A DNA stretch of 35,818 nucleotides from Clostridia bacterium (lineage in GTDB: Bacteria > Bacillota > Clostridia > Oscillospirales > CAG-272): positions 1 through 35,818 of the forward strand of contig JAGDCE010000208.1 in the NCBI GenBank assembly GCA_017958705.1, written 5' to 3'. Shown here in pieces: positions 23,270-33,632 of this stretch (the stretch's first letter is position 1; each line of letters starts with the position of its first letter). The position numbers and the translations under genes were made by a program. The notes under the pieces are model-generated. The model was not told the origin of the DNA. It was given only the letters and a program-made list of their open reading frames with translations, and searched no databases.

Positions 23270-24387
23270 TCTATTTCGACAACGCCGCGACGACGTATCC
23301 GAAACCCGGATGCGTCATTTCGGCGGTAAACGCGGCGTCGTCCGGCGCGTACGGCAACCCGGGGCGCGGCGGTCACAGAGCGGCGATGGCCGCGGCGGAG
23401 CTCGTTTACGAGGCGCGCGTCAGGCTCGCTCTGCTTTTTGGCACGCTGCCCGAACGCGTATGCTTCACGGGCGGCTGTACCGCCGCGTTGAATCAGGCGA
23501 TACTGGGGCTTCTGCGTCGCGGCGAGCGGGTTATGACAAGCGATATCGAGCACAATTCCGTCATGCGTCCGCTGTACGCCTCAGGCGCCGAAATAACCAC
23601 TTTTCCGGCGTTTTCGCGAACGGAAGAGATACTCGGGCGGATAAACGACGGGATAAATAACGGCGTGTCGTGCGTTGTCTGCACTTGCGCGTCAAACGTT
23701 TTTCCGCTCGTTCTGCCTTACGGGCAGATCGGCGCACTGTGCCGCGACCGGGGCGTCGTCTTCATCGCGGACGGCGCTCAGGCGGCAGGCGTATACGATA
23801 TAAACGTCGGACGCGACAACATTGACGTGCTGTGCGTACCGTCTCACAAAGGGTTATACGGCGTTACGGGCTGCGGCGCGCTGATCCTGTCAGCTGATTT
23901 CGACGCTGAAAGGCTGAGACCGGTATTGTCCGGCGGCTCGGGCGTTAACTCCGCGGAGCCCTTCATGCCGAAAGAGCCGCCGGAAAGATTCGAGGCAGGG
24001 ACTTTGCCTGTAGTGCCGGTCGCGGCGCTCGCCGCGGGCGCCGGATTCGTGCTCGACACAGGCGTCGGTACCATCAGAGCATGTGAGGAGCGGATCTGCC
24101 GGGCCGTGCTCGACGGGCTTTCCGGCGCTGACGCCGTGCGGTTCTACCGCGCGGCGCCCGGCACCCTGCTCTGTTTCAATATTGAAGGCAAAAGCTGTGA
24201 GGAGACGGCGGATCTGCTCGACGGATACGGTATCTGCGTTCGCGCCGGACTTCACTGCGCGCCGTCCGCGCATAAATATACCGCGCCGGACGGTACCGGC
24301 GCGGTAAGAGTCAGTTTTTCTTATTTCAACACGGAAAATCAGGCTAAGGCGTTCTGTGAAGCCGTCAGGAGGCTCAGCCGACTCTGA
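23266..24387 (+). CDS. Aminotransferase class V (cysteine desulfurase / selenocysteine lyase family)
   Basis: GTG 23266 overlaps the upstream TGA (GTGA). Motifs: IYFDNAATTYPKP, TSDIEHNSV, and SHKGLYG (PLP lysine). The ORF-track start 23179 would lie inside the DUF3343 gene. Confidence 0.85.
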   Translation: MIYFDNAATTYPKPGCVISAVNAASSGAYGNPGRGGHRAAMAAAELVYEARVRLALLFGTLPERVCFTGGCTAALNQAILGLLRRGERVMTSDIEHNSVMRPLYASGAEITTFPAFSRTEEILGRINDGINNGVSCVVCTCASNVFPLVLPYGQIGALCRDRGVVFIADGAQAAGVYDINVGRDNIDVLCVPSHKGLYGVTGCGALILSADFDAERLRPVLSGGSGVNSAEPFMPKEPPERFEAGTLPVVPVAALAAGAGFVLDTGVGTIRACEERICRAVLDGLSGADAVRFYRAAPGTLLCFNIEGKSCEETADLLDGYGICVRAGLHCAPSAHKYTAPDGTGAVRVSFSYFNTENQAKAFCEAVRRLSRL

Positions 24388-25138
24388 GGAGCCTTTTCGC
24401 GTTTTGTTCAGTTATGCGCTCTATATGCTCCGGATCGGTCCCCCGGACCTCTGCGAGCACTGAGATGATAAAACGGATATTCCCGCTGTCGTTCCTCGTT
24501 CCGCGAAGCGGGGTCGGCGCCATATAAGGCGAATCCGTCTCCACAAGCAGAAGCTCGTCCGGAACGGCGGCCGCCGCCTCTCTGACGGAACGGGCGTTTT
24601 TGAACGTGACCGATCCGGAAAACGAGATATAATGGCCTCTTGAGCAAAGCTGCCGTACCGTCTCGGCGCTTTCTGAGCAGCTGTGTATGATCGCCGTCCC
24701 GTGGAATCCGCGCAGATGCTCGAAAACGTCGCCGTGCGCCTCTCTGTCGTGTATGACCGCGGGCAGTCCGAGTTTTTCCGCCAGCTCAAGCTGTGCGGCA
24801 AAATACGGTATCTGCTTTTCCTTCGGTGAAAAATCGTAGTGATAATCAAGCCCTATCTCGCCGAGCGCTCTGACGTCGGCTCCGCGTATCGCAAGCTCGA
24901 GGCGCGAAAGAGCGTCCGGCATTGACTTATATCTGTAACAATCGGAGGGATGTATGCCCAGTGCGGCGTACATCCCTTTGTATTCATCACAAAGTCTGAG
25001 CGTGGCGTCGAAATTCTCGATCGCCGTGGCGCAGTTCAGGATCCCCGAAACGCCCGACGAAAACAGGCCATCGAGGACTTCTTTTCTGTCGGGATCGAAT
25101 TTTTCATCGTCGTAATGGGCGTGAGTGTCGAATATCAT
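24374..25138 (-). CDS. tatD: TatD-family metal-dependent hydrolase
   Basis: Motifs: MIFDTHAHYD, GEIGLDY, VIHDREAH, IIHSCS, ETDSPY. It follows metG as in Bacillus (metS-yabD). Confidence 0.9.
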   Translation of the reverse strand: MIFDTHAHYDDEKFDPDRKEVLDGLFSSGVSGILNCATAIENFDATLRLCDEYKGMYAALGIHPSDCYRYKSMPDALSRLELAIRGADVRALGEIGLDYHYDFSPKEKQIPYFAAQLELAEKLGLPAVIHDREAHGDVFEHLRGFHGTAIIHSCSESAETVRQLCSRGHYISFSGSVTFKNARSVREAAAAVPDELLLVETDSPYMAPTPLRGTRNDSGNIRFIISVLAEVRGTDPEHIERITEQNAKRLLRVG

Positions 25139-27066
25139 CAGCTTATTCTCTGCCCGTTCGGCGTTTCGGGATCGAGGAAGATCACCCGTACGGTATCTCC
25201 CTCGGCGCTCGAGGCGAGCACCATTCCCTTCGATTCATAACCCATCATCATCCTCGGTTTGAGGTTGGCTACGACCACGACCTTTTTGCCGATCAGCTTG
25301 TCCGGCGTATAGTACTGGGCTATTCCGGACAGTACCTGTCTCTGCTCGTATCCGAGATCGAGCTTCAGTTTGAGCAATTTTTTGGACTTCGGCACCGGCT
25401 CGCATTCAAGTATTTCCGCCGTGCGCATCTCCACACGAACGAAGTCGTCGAATTCTATCTCTGGCTCGCCTTCGGGCTTCTCCGGTTTCTGATCGGCTTC
25501 GGGCTTTTTGAGTTCTTCCATGATCTTCGCCTCGTCGAGACGTGAGAACAGCGCTTCGCCTTCTGTCACATGGCCGCCGGCGGCAAGTCCGCCGAATATC
25601 TGCGCGCGCTTGATGTCGTCGCCTTTCTCTCCCAAAGCGGAAAGGATCTTTTCCGCCGAATCCGGGATCGCGGGTTTGAGAAGTATCGTGCAGATGCGTA
25701 TCGTCTCGAGCAGATTGTACAGGACGGTCGCGAGTCTTACCCTGCCCTCGTCGGTCTTGGCAAGGATCCACGGCGTCGTCTCGTCGATATATTTATTGGC
25801 GCGGCGCAGCGCGGTGAACACGGCTTCGAGCGCGTCCGACACCATGAATTTATCCATCAGTTCCGTATACTTCGAGGCCGCGGAAACTACGGTGTCCTTA
25901 AGATCCCTGTCCAGTTCGGTCTCCTCGCCGGGCGAGGGGATGACGCCGTCAAAATATTTGACGGTCATCGACTCGGTGCGCTTCACGAGATTGCCGAGTA
26001 TATTGGCGAGATCCGAATTGTAGCGGCTTATAACGTTTTCATACGTTATCGTGCCGTCGGATGAAAACGGCATCTCAGCCAGTGAATAGTACCGGCAGCC
26101 GTCGCGGCCGAAGATCTTTATCAGGTCGTCCGCGTATATGACGTTGCCGCGCGATTTCGACATTTTGTCGACGCCGGACAGAAGCCACGGATGCGCGAAT
26201 ATCTGCTTCGGCAGAGGCAGTCCCGCCGCCATCAGGAATATGGGCCAGTAGATGCTGTGGAAACGGAGGATATCCTTTCCGATGAAGTGCACGTCAGCCG
26301 GCCAGTATTTTTTGAAATTCTCCGGCTGCTCAACGTTTTCCGGATCATAACCGAGCGCGGTTATGTAGTTTATAAGCGCATCCATCCAGACGTAGAGCAC
26401 GTGTTTGCTGTCGTTTTTAACGGGTATGCCCCATTTGAACGAGCTCCTCGTGACGCACAGATCCTGAAGTCCCGGCTTGATGAAGTTGTTTATCATCTCT
26501 TTTTTGCGGGATTCCGGGATTATGAACTCGGGGTTTTCGTCGTAATACTTAAGAAGCGCGTCGGCATATTTGCTCATTTTAAAGAAGTATGCCTCTTCCT
26601 TCGCACGTATGACGGGGCGTCCGCATTCGGGGCATTTGCCGTCCACGACCTGCGTATCGGTGAAGAACGATTCGTCCGGTACGCAGTACCAGCCCTCGTA
26701 CTCGCTCTTGTAGATATCGCCTTGCTTTAAAAATTTATCAAACAGATTTGCGGCGGCCTTCTCGTGGTGAGCGTCCGTCGTTTTTATGAACACGTCGTAC
26801 TGCGCGCCGACCTCGTCCCAGATCTGTCTGATCTGCGCGGACACGGAATCGGCGTATTCCTTCGGTGTCATTTTGGCCTCTGCGGCGTATTCTTCTATCT
26901 TTTGACCGTGCTCGTCGGTACCGGTACTTAAAAGCACGTCATATCCGCAGAGCTGCTTGTATCTTTTATAGCAGTCCGCGAGGATTATATCGTAAGTATT
27001 CCCTATGTGCGGTTTTCTCGACGCGTACGGGATGGCTGTCGTCAGATAACATTTCGGTTTATTCAT
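25138..27066 (-). CDS. metG: Methionine--tRNA ligase with C-terminal tRNA-binding (EMAP/Trbp111-like) domain
   Basis: HIGH-type motif PHIGN, zinc knuckle CPECG, and KMSKS as KMSKSRGN. The C-terminal domain reads FVRVEMRTAEI...VVVVANLKPR. ATG 27066 is preferred (AGGA 9 nt upstream). Confidence 0.95.
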   Translation of the reverse strand: MNKPKCYLTTAIPYASRKPHIGNTYDIILADCYKRYKQLCGYDVLLSTGTDEHGQKIEEYAAEAKMTPKEYADSVSAQIRQIWDEVGAQYDVFIKTTDAHHEKAAANLFDKFLKQGDIYKSEYEGWYCVPDESFFTDTQVVDGKCPECGRPVIRAKEEAYFFKMSKYADALLKYYDENPEFIIPESRKKEMINNFIKPGLQDLCVTRSSFKWGIPVKNDSKHVLYVWMDALINYITALGYDPENVEQPENFKKYWPADVHFIGKDILRFHSIYWPIFLMAAGLPLPKQIFAHPWLLSGVDKMSKSRGNVIYADDLIKIFGRDGCRYYSLAEMPFSSDGTITYENVISRYNSDLANILGNLVKRTESMTVKYFDGVIPSPGEETELDRDLKDTVVSAASKYTELMDKFMVSDALEAVFTALRRANKYIDETTPWILAKTDEGRVRLATVLYNLLETIRICTILLKPAIPDSAEKILSALGEKGDDIKRAQIFGGLAAGGHVTEGEALFSRLDEAKIMEELKKPEADQKPEKPEGEPEIEFDDFVRVEMRTAEILECEPVPKSKKLLKLKLDLGYEQRQVLSGIAQYYTPDKLIGKKVVVVANLKPRMMMGYESKGMVLASSAEGDTVRVIFLDPETPNGQRIS

Positions 27067-27067
27067 C

Positions 27068-27928
27068 TTATACATTCCTTTCGGTATTGGCAATCATATA
27101 CAGATATTCGCCCGCTTTTGCGGCGCTGAGCGTCATATAAGGAAGCGCGTATGCGAAGAACAGCACGCCGAAGCTCAAGACCGACAAAAGCAGAAGCGGT
27201 ATGAACGAGAACAGCAGTCCGCAGCAGCGGAACACGCCGGGAAGCGCCGCGGAGGCGCTTTTTTTGTAAGCCGTGACCGCCGGGACGTCGTCCTCGTGTT
27301 CAAACACATACGGCAGCGGCAGAAGCAGCGCGAAAAACATTATGCACATAAACGCGCACGCGCATATCGCGACAAGCCTTACAAGAAACACCGCAAACGC
27401 CGGGATCCCGATCCCGCCGACTCCGCGGCATATGAATACGCACGGTACGATCACAACGCAGAGCTGTAAGGCGAGGATCAGGAATATCACCAGGTATTTT
27501 GAAAAATTCCCGCCGGACATTGGCATGAATACGTTGGAAAACGACGAGTATGACACGACTCCGGGGCGGCTGTCGGGTTCTTCCTTCATCCTCGAGCACA
27601 TCACGTAAACTCCCGAAAAGAACATGAAGAACAGGAAGGCCGTGACGGTGTAAATGACCACGTTGAGCGTAGAGGTAAGAAGCGCTGCGGCGCGTTCATT
27701 AAGCACGGCGGCAAGCGCGTCGCCGAGCAGATCGGGCACGTAAAACGATAAGTAAAGCAGCCCGCCGGAAAACATTCCGCAGATAAGCGGCGCGATCACC
27801 GCGTTGTGGTAGTTGTCACCGGCAAACAGCGTTCTTCTCGCCGAGCTTTTAAAATATCTGTTCAGTTTTTTAATTCTGTTTTTCTGCGGTCCGGATGACA
27901 CGCCGGTGTATGTGATATCATTGGTCAT
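27068..27928 (-). CDS. Multi-pass integral membrane protein, function unknown
   Basis: At least five hydrophobic segments. ATG 27928 has a GGAG SD 5 nt upstream, whereas ORF-track ATG 27949 has none. The stop lies 1 nt before the metG start. Confidence 0.65.
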   Translation of the reverse strand: MTNDITYTGVSSGPQKNRIKKLNRYFKSSARRTLFAGDNYHNAVIAPLICGMFSGGLLYLSFYVPDLLGDALAAVLNERAAALLTSTLNVVIYTVTAFLFFMFFSGVYVMCSRMKEEPDSRPGVVSYSSFSNVFMPMSGGNFSKYLVIFLILALQLCVVIVPCVFICRGVGGIGIPAFAVFLVRLVAICACAFMCIMFFALLLPLPYVFEHEDDVPAVTAYKKSASAALPGVFRCCGLLFSFIPLLLLSVLSFGVLFFAYALPYMTLSAAKAGEYLYMIANTERNV

Positions 27929-27977
27929 AATAACTCCGTTTTTTCTCATTATCGACGGCGGACCGGAAAAATATTCC

Positions 27978-29090
27978 TCACACCGTCACACCGCGGCATA
28001 CGGTCATAAGGACGTCATTCCCGTCCGTCAGCAGCAGATCGGCGCGCTTGCCGACCGTGACAGAACCGCATTCGCCGTATATGCCTACCTGCTTCGCCGG
28101 GTTAGCCGTCGCCGTCACCGCGAGTTTTTCAAGCGGTTCCCCCGTCGCTTTCATAAGGTTTTTCAGCCCGTCGAAGACGTTGCTGGTCGAGCCGGCGATG
28201 ACGCCTTCGTCGTTTACCGCTCTGCCGTCCTTAACGTTTACCGCCATGCCGGAGAGCATGTATCTTCCGTCAGGCATATCGGCGGCGGAGATCGAATCCG
28301 ATACGATAACGAATCTGTCGGCGCCTATTGCTCTGTAAGAAAGATCGAGCACTGCACCGTCGACGTGGAACAGATCGCAGATAAATTCCGCGTAAGCGCG
28401 GCCGGAAAGCGCCGCTCCGACCGTTCCGGGTTCTCTGTGGCGCAGCTCGCGCATCGCGTTGAACGTGTGCGTGAACGAATCGCATCCGATATCGAGCGCG
28501 TGCATCGCCTCGGCGTATTTGCAGTCGCTGTGTCCGATCCCGACGGTCGCGCCGTTGTTCTTCAGAACTTTGATGAACATATCCGCGCCTTCGAGCTCCG
28601 GCGCCATCGTGAAATGGGCGTGAAGCGGTTTGATCGTCTGAACGAGCCTGTACGCCTCGTCGGCGTAAAGGAATCTCAGCTGCGAAACGTTATGGCAGCC
28701 GGGGCGCTTCGGAGACACGTAAGGCCCTTCTACGTGGATACCGTCGATATTGATCGGGCTTTTCGTGTTTTTGATGTTTTCTATCGCTTTATAAATATCT
28801 GGCAGCGGCGCCGTCATGACGCACGGAAAAACGGTCGTTATACCGTGACGGAGATAGTGAATCAGACACTTTGCGATCTGCTCCGGCTCCGCCGACATGA
28901 AATCGTATCCGCCGCGGCCGTGACTGTGTACGTCGATCAGACCGGGAAGCAGATACGCGCCGCCGGCGTCCGTATCGCCCGCGCATTCGCCGCGGATGAC
29001 CTCGGTAATGACGCCGTCCTCATAAGTTACGCCGCCGTCAAAGAACGTTTTGTTTTCTGTATCGTATACTTTTGCGTTGTATATCCTCAT
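27978..29090 (-). CDS. nagA: N-acetylglucosamine-6-phosphate deacetylase
   Basis: Motifs: LLPGLIDVHSHGRGGYDF, IHVEGPYVSP, IGHSD, and FNAM. About 370 aa. An ATGA overlap links it to rsmI. Confidence 0.9.
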   Translation of the reverse strand: MRIYNAKVYDTENKTFFDGGVTYEDGVITEVIRGECAGDTDAGGAYLLPGLIDVHSHGRGGYDFMSAEPEQIAKCLIHYLRHGITTVFPCVMTAPLPDIYKAIENIKNTKSPINIDGIHVEGPYVSPKRPGCHNVSQLRFLYADEAYRLVQTIKPLHAHFTMAPELEGADMFIKVLKNNGATVGIGHSDCKYAEAMHALDIGCDSFTHTFNAMRELRHREPGTVGAALSGRAYAEFICDLFHVDGAVLDLSYRAIGADRFVIVSDSISAADMPDGRYMLSGMAVNVKDGRAVNDEGVIAGSTSNVFDGLKNLMKATGEPLEKLAVTATANPAKQVGIYGECGSVTVGKRADLLLTDGNDVLMTVCRGVTV

Positions 29091-29968
29091 TTGTTGACCT
29101 CCGCGTATACCTCGGATTTGGGGATCCCGCGGTCGCGGGCGGCGGCTTTGATCGCGTCCATTTTCGTCATGCCGCCTTCTATGTATTTCTGCACGTGTTC
29201 GGCAATGCTCATGCCGTTTTCCTCGGGCGCTTTTTCCTCCGCGCCTTCGATGACGAGGACGAATTCGCCGCGCGGTTTGACTTCTTCGTAATATGAAAGC
29301 GCTTCCGAGAGCGTCATGACTCTGACTTCTTCGTTTATCTTCGTAAGCTCGCGGCAGAACGCGACGCGTCTGTCGCCGAAAGCCTCGTAAATATCCTTAA
29401 GCGTTACGGTCAGTTTGTGCGGCGCCTCATAGATTATCAGCGTCCGGGTCTCGTCCGAAAGCTGCTTCAGCCGCTCTTTTCTCTGCCCTCTCGCGGTCGT
29501 CAAAAATCCTTCGAACACGAAATGACGGGTGGGAAGCCCGGAAAGCGTGAGCGCCGTTATCGCCGCACACGGTCCGGGGAGGCTTATAACCTTGACTCCG
29601 GTTTGCCGGCAAAGCACGACAAGGTCCTCTCCGGGATCGCTTATCGCAGGCGTTCCCGCGTCGGTCACGAGCGCGCACGATTCGCCGTTTTTCAGTCTTG
29701 AAACGATATATTCCCCGCGCTCCCGCTTGTTATGCTAGAAATAGCTGACGAGCGGCTTTTTGATCCCGTATCTGCCGAGCAGCTTCGGGGTGTTGCGCGT
29801 GTCCTCGGCCGCTATGAAATCGACCTCAGACAGGATCTTTACCGCCCTGTACGTCATATCCGCGAGATTGCCGATCGGAGTGGCGACGAGATAAAGCGCG
29901 CCGGACTCCACTTTGTTATGTTCGGTCTGATCCGTTTTTTCCCATTCGTTCGTTTTGAAACTGCTCAT
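29087..29968 (-). pseudogene. rsmI: 16S rRNA (cytidine1402-2'-O)-methyltransferase RsmI interrupted by one in-frame TAG
   Basis: ORFs 29735..29968 and 29087..29668 are in the same frame (882 nt in total). Reading through gives ...[43 protein letters not shown]. Motifs [17 protein letters not shown] and SDAGTP are intact. The TAG (29735-29737) sits where homologues have E in S-Y-H-E-H-N. Confidence 0.8.
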
Positions 29969-31941
29969 TTGCTCAGATTTCTTATCCTGTCACGGTACGC
30001 GGCCGCTTCCTCGAAGCGAAGCTCCTTCGCCGCCTGACGCATTTTCGCGGTCAGCTCGTCTATCAGCCTGCCGCGGTCGCCGTCGGAAAGCTTCTTTTCG
30101 CCGTGATCCGTTCTCTTCTTTCTGTTTTTCGTATCGTCGCGTTCCGCTATCTCGATAACGTCGCGCACGGCTTTGACTACAGTATGCGGCGTGATGCCGT
30201 GTTCTTCGTTGTATTTCTTCTGTATCGTGCGTCTTCTGTCCGTCTCGTCGATCGCACGTCTCATCGAGCCGGTGATCGTATCCGCGTACATTATGACCTT
30301 GCCGTTCTCGTGTCTTGCGGCGCGTCCTATCGTCTGTATCAGCGATACCTCGGAACGCAGCAGACCTTCTTTATCGGCGTCGAGTATCGCGACGAGCGAG
30401 ACCTCGGGGAGGTCGAGTCCTTCGCGCAGCAGGTTTATGCCGACGAGCACGTCGTAAACGCCGAGGCGCAGATCACGCAATATCTCGGTCCGCTGCATCG
30501 TCTCCACCTCGTGGTGGATGTACTGGACCTTTATACCGTGGCTTTGTATATATTCGGTCAGGTCTTCCGCCATTTTCGTCGTCAGCGTCGTCACGAGAAC
30601 GCGCTCACCTCGCTCGGTCCTCTGCCTGATCTCGCCGAGCAGATCGTCGACCTGCCCTTCCACCGGCCTTATCTCTATCTCCGGATCCGTAAGTCCCGTA
30701 GGTCTGATAAGCTGTTCTGATATAGACGCCGAGTGCTGTCTTTCGTATTCGCCGGGCGTCGCCGAGACGAATATCGCCTGATTTATCTTCTGCTCGAATT
30801 CCTCGAATACGAGGGGTCTGTTGTCGAATGCGGACGGCAGACGGAAGCCGTAATCGACGAGGTTCTGCTTCCTCGCTCTGTCTCCGGCGCTCATGCCGCG
30901 CACCTGCGGCAGCGTCGCGTGCGATTCGTCGACGAAAAGCAGATAATCTTTCGGGAAATAGTCGAGCAGGCAGTAAGGCGTCGAGCCCGGCGCCCTGCCG
31001 GCGAACACGCGCGAATAGTTCTCCACGCCGGAACAGTAACCGACTTCTGAGATCATCTCGAGATCGTATTCCGTACGCGTGCGTATGCGCTGCGCCTCGA
31101 GCAGTTTGCCCTGCGCTTCGAAGAACTCGACTCTCTCCTCCATCTCGTCCCTGATCTGGTCGAGAGCCCGGAGCCTTTTGTCGTCCGATATGGCGTAGTG
31201 CGACGCGGGATAGATAGCAGCGTAAGACAGGCGGCGGAGCACCGCGCCGGTAAGCGCGTTGATCTCCGATATCCTGTCTATCTCGTCGCCGAAAAATTCC
31301 ACGCGAAGCGCGTTTTCACCTTCGCTTGCCGGAAACACTTCGACTGTGTCGCCTCTGACACGGAATTTATCGCGCACGAAATTTATATCGTTCCGCTCGT
31401 AGTTGATCGAAACAAGTCTTCTCAGAAATTCGTTTCTGTCGATCTGCAGTCCGGGGCGGATCGCGACCATAAGATCGCAGTACTCCTCAGGATCGCCGAG
31501 CGAATATATGCACGACACTGATGAGACGATTATGACGTCCCTGCGTTCAAACAGAGACGACGTCGCGCTGTGGCGCAGCTTGTCTATCTCGTCGTTTATA
31601 AGTGAATCCTTTTCGATATAAAGGTCTTTGCCCGGTATATAAGCCTCGGGCTGGAAATAGTCGTAATATGACACGAAATAGCCGACGGCGTTTTCCGGGA
31701 AAAACTCCCGGAATTCAAGGCACAGCTGCGCCGCGAGCGTCTTGTTGTGCGCCAGAACGAGCGTCGGGCGGTTGAGATTTGCTATAACGTTCGCCATCGT
31801 GAACGTTTTGCCCGATCCCGTTACGCCGAGAAGCGTCTGCATCCGGTCGCCTTTGAGAACGCCCTCCGTCAGTTCCGCTATCGCCGCCGGCTGATCTCCG
31901 GTCGGCTTGTAGTCCGATACGAGTTTGAATTTATCTTTCAT
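29965..31941 (-). CDS. uvrB: Excinuclease ABC subunit B
   Basis: [19 protein letters not shown]-terminus, Walker [13 protein letters not shown] box, helicase motifs, and a C-terminal UVR domain ([14 protein letters not shown]). ATG 31941 is preferred over GTG 31944. Confidence 0.95.
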   Translation of the reverse strand: MKDKFKLVSDYKPTGDQPAAIAELTEGVLKGDRMQTLLGVTGSGKTFTMANVIANLNRPTLVLAHNKTLAAQLCLEFREFFPENAVGYFVSYYDYFQPEAYIPGKDLYIEKDSLINDEIDKLRHSATSSLFERRDVIIVSSVSCIYSLGDPEEYCDLMVAIRPGLQIDRNEFLRRLVSINYERNDINFVRDKFRVRGDTVEVFPASEGENALRVEFFGDEIDRISEINALTGAVLRRLSYAAIYPASHYAISDDKRLRALDQIRDEMEERVEFFEAQGKLLEAQRIRTRTEYDLEMISEVGYCSGVENYSRVFAGRAPGSTPYCLLDYFPKDYLLFVDESHATLPQVRGMSAGDRARKQNLVDYGFRLPSAFDNRPLVFEEFEQKINQAIFVSATPGEYERQHSASISEQLIRPTGLTDPEIEIRPVEGQVDDLLGEIRQRTERGERVLVTTLTTKMAEDLTEYIQSHGIKVQYIHHEVETMQRTEILRDLRLGVYDVLVGINLLREGLDLPEVSLVAILDADKEGLLRSEVSLIQTIGRAARHENGKVIMYADTITGSMRRAIDETDRRRTIQKKYNEEHGITPHTVVKAVRDVIEIAERDDTKNRKKRTDHGEKKLSDGDRGRLIDELTAKMRQAAKELRFEEAAAYRDRIRNLSK

Positions 31942-32609
31942 CACAGTTTGTTCAGTATCGTACAGTATTTGTTGTCCGCGATTATGAAATGGTCGATGAA
32001 TTCTATCTCAAGTGTGATCATCGCGTTTTTGAATTCTCTCGTCACGATTATATCGTCCGGCGACGGTACGGCTATGCCCGACGGGTGGTTGTGCGCGAGC
32101 ACGATCGCCGCGGCGCGCCGTTTGAGCGCGAGCTCCGCCATCATGCGGATGCTCACCGCCGCGGAGCTGACCGAGCCCTCGTGAAGTTTCTCACAGCTTA
32201 TAAGGCTTCTGCCGTTGTCGAGCATAAGCATCAGAACGCGTTCCGACGTGACGCCGACGAACTGCTTTACGAGGAATTCCCCGATATCGGTAAGCGTCGG
32301 CAGCACGAGGCGGCCGCTCAGCTTGCTGCGCTGATAATACCTCGCCGCGTCCGGCAGCGTTTTCAGAAACGTCGCCGTGTGGTCCGAAACGCCATCGACC
32401 TCGATCAACTCGGCGTAATCGGCGTCGAGCACGCCGGCAAACGATCCGAACCTGTCGAGCAGACGGTGCGCCAGCGGATTAGTGTCCTGTCTCGGCAGCG
32501 CGTAAAACAGCATCAGTTCGAGCGCGTTTATCTCGTTGAAGGTGTCGAGACCGTATTCAAGAAATCTGCTTTTGAGTCTCTGTCTGTGACCTTCCGCCAT
32601 TTCAGACAC
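31941..32609 (-). CDS. radC: RadC-family JAB-domain protein
   Basis: The N-terminal HhH-like region is [26 protein letters not shown]. The JAMM motif is LAHNHPSG. Confidence 0.9.
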   Translation of the reverse strand: MSEMAEGHRQRLKSRFLEYGLDTFNEINALELMLFYALPRQDTNPLAHRLLDRFGSFAGVLDADYAELIEVDGVSDHTATFLKTLPDAARYYQRSKLSGRLVLPTLTDIGEFLVKQFVGVTSERVLMLMLDNGRSLISCEKLHEGSVSSAAVSIRMMAELALKRRAAAIVLAHNHPSGIAVPSPDDIIVTREFKNAMITLEIEFIDHFIIADNKYCTILNKL

Positions 32610-32618
32610 TTCCTTTCG

Positions 32619-33632
32619 TTACTGTTGCTTCGGCTGAGGTTTTGATTCTTTCTTTACGTATCCTATGAGCTTGATGTCGTCGCGGTTGTACGCTTTGGGT
32701 GCGGCGTCGGGATTCTGCGAAAGCTGGACCTTCACGATCCCCTGAAGCGGCACGGTCTCGACCACGACGCCGTCGCCGTCGTCCGTACGGACGAGCGAGT
32801 CGACCTTCGGAGTTTTTCTGATCTCCTCTTCATACGTGTCGTGCTCGTAGCGCAGACAGCACATGAGCCTGCCGCAGGTGCCGGATATCTTAGCGGTGTT
32901 AAGTGACAGATTCTGTTCCTTCGCCATTTTTATTGACACCTGTCCGAAATCCTCGAGGAACGTGTGACAGCACACGGGGCGTCCGCAGATGCCGAGACCG
33001 CCGATCATCTTCGCCTCGTCGCGGATACCGATCTGGCGAAGCTCGATCCTCGTTCTGAAAACCGACGCGAGATCCTTTACGAGATCGCGGAAGTCGACGC
33101 GGGATTCCGACGTGAAATAGAACAGCAGTTTCGAATTGTCGAACGTGCATTCCACCTCGACGAGCTTCATTTCGAGCCCGTGGCGGATTATCATCTCCTC
33201 GCAGACGCGGAAGGCCTCTTTTTCCTTCGCGTCGTTGTCCTTTTTATGCGCGTCGTCCTCGGGCGTGGCGCGGCGGAGCACTTTTTTGAGCGGGCTTATG
33301 ATCTCAGCGGCGGAAACGTCCTTGTCGTCGAACGCCGCGACTCCGTATTCGAGTCCTCTCGCCGTCTCGACGATGACCGCCTCTCCGCTTTTGATCTCTA
33401 GTTTATCCGGCTCGAAATAATATACTTTGCCGCCGTCTTTGAAACGCACGCCGCATACGCGGACTCGCTCGGGTTCTTCTGCCTCTTCGGGCTTCATCAG
33501 ATAGCTTTCCGGCAGTATGAACCGCGGCGCCTCGTATTCCGAAGCGGGCTTTTTGACCGGCTGCTTCTCCGGCGCCGCCACCGTGCTCCTCTGCAGGTGG
33601 GGTATATGTCTTTTACGTCTTCTGTCGTTCAC
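32619..33632 (-). CDS. ricT: PSP1-domain protein YaaT/RicT (stage 0 sporulation protein)
   Basis: The PSP1 core includes the Cys cluster GICGRPVCCHTFL...GTCGRLMCCLRYE. It lies downstream of holB as in Bacillus. The GTG start at 33632 is tentative and an internal start is possible. Confidence 0.85.
   Translation of the reverse strand: MNDRRRKRHIPHLQRSTVAAPEKQPVKKPASEYEAPRFILPESYLMKPEEAEEPERVRVCGVRFKDGGKVYYFEPDKLEIKSGEAVIVETARGLEYGVAAFDDKDVSAAEIISPLKKVLRRATPEDDAHKKDNDAKEKEAFRVCEEMIIRHGLEMKLVEVECTFDNSKLLFYFTSESRVDFRDLVKDLASVFRTRIELRQIGIRDEAKMIGGLGICGRPVCCHTFLEDFGQVSIKMAKEQNLSLNTAKISGTCGRLMCCLRYEHDTYEEEIRKTPKVDSLVRTDDGDGVVVETVPLQGIVKVQLSQNPDAAPKAYNRDDIKLIGYVKKESKPQPKQQ

Noticed and set aside
27067-27949. 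Expected T-box leader upstream of metG
   Set aside because: metG starts 1 nt after the stop of the preceding membrane-protein gene, so there is no room for a leader and no T-box-like sequence was seen.
27813-29291. 492-aa plus-strand ORF antisense to nagA and flanking genes
   Set aside because: It crosses three minus-strand gene boundaries and has no motifs, whereas the NagA signatures on the opposite strand are unambiguous.
29735-29737. TAG as a recoded sense codon (for example pyrrolysine or a reassigned code)
   Set aside because: TAG terminates at least two well-defined genes in this window (3086-3088 and 20382-20384). No pyl genes are seen, and a single occurrence is better explained by a mutation or an error.
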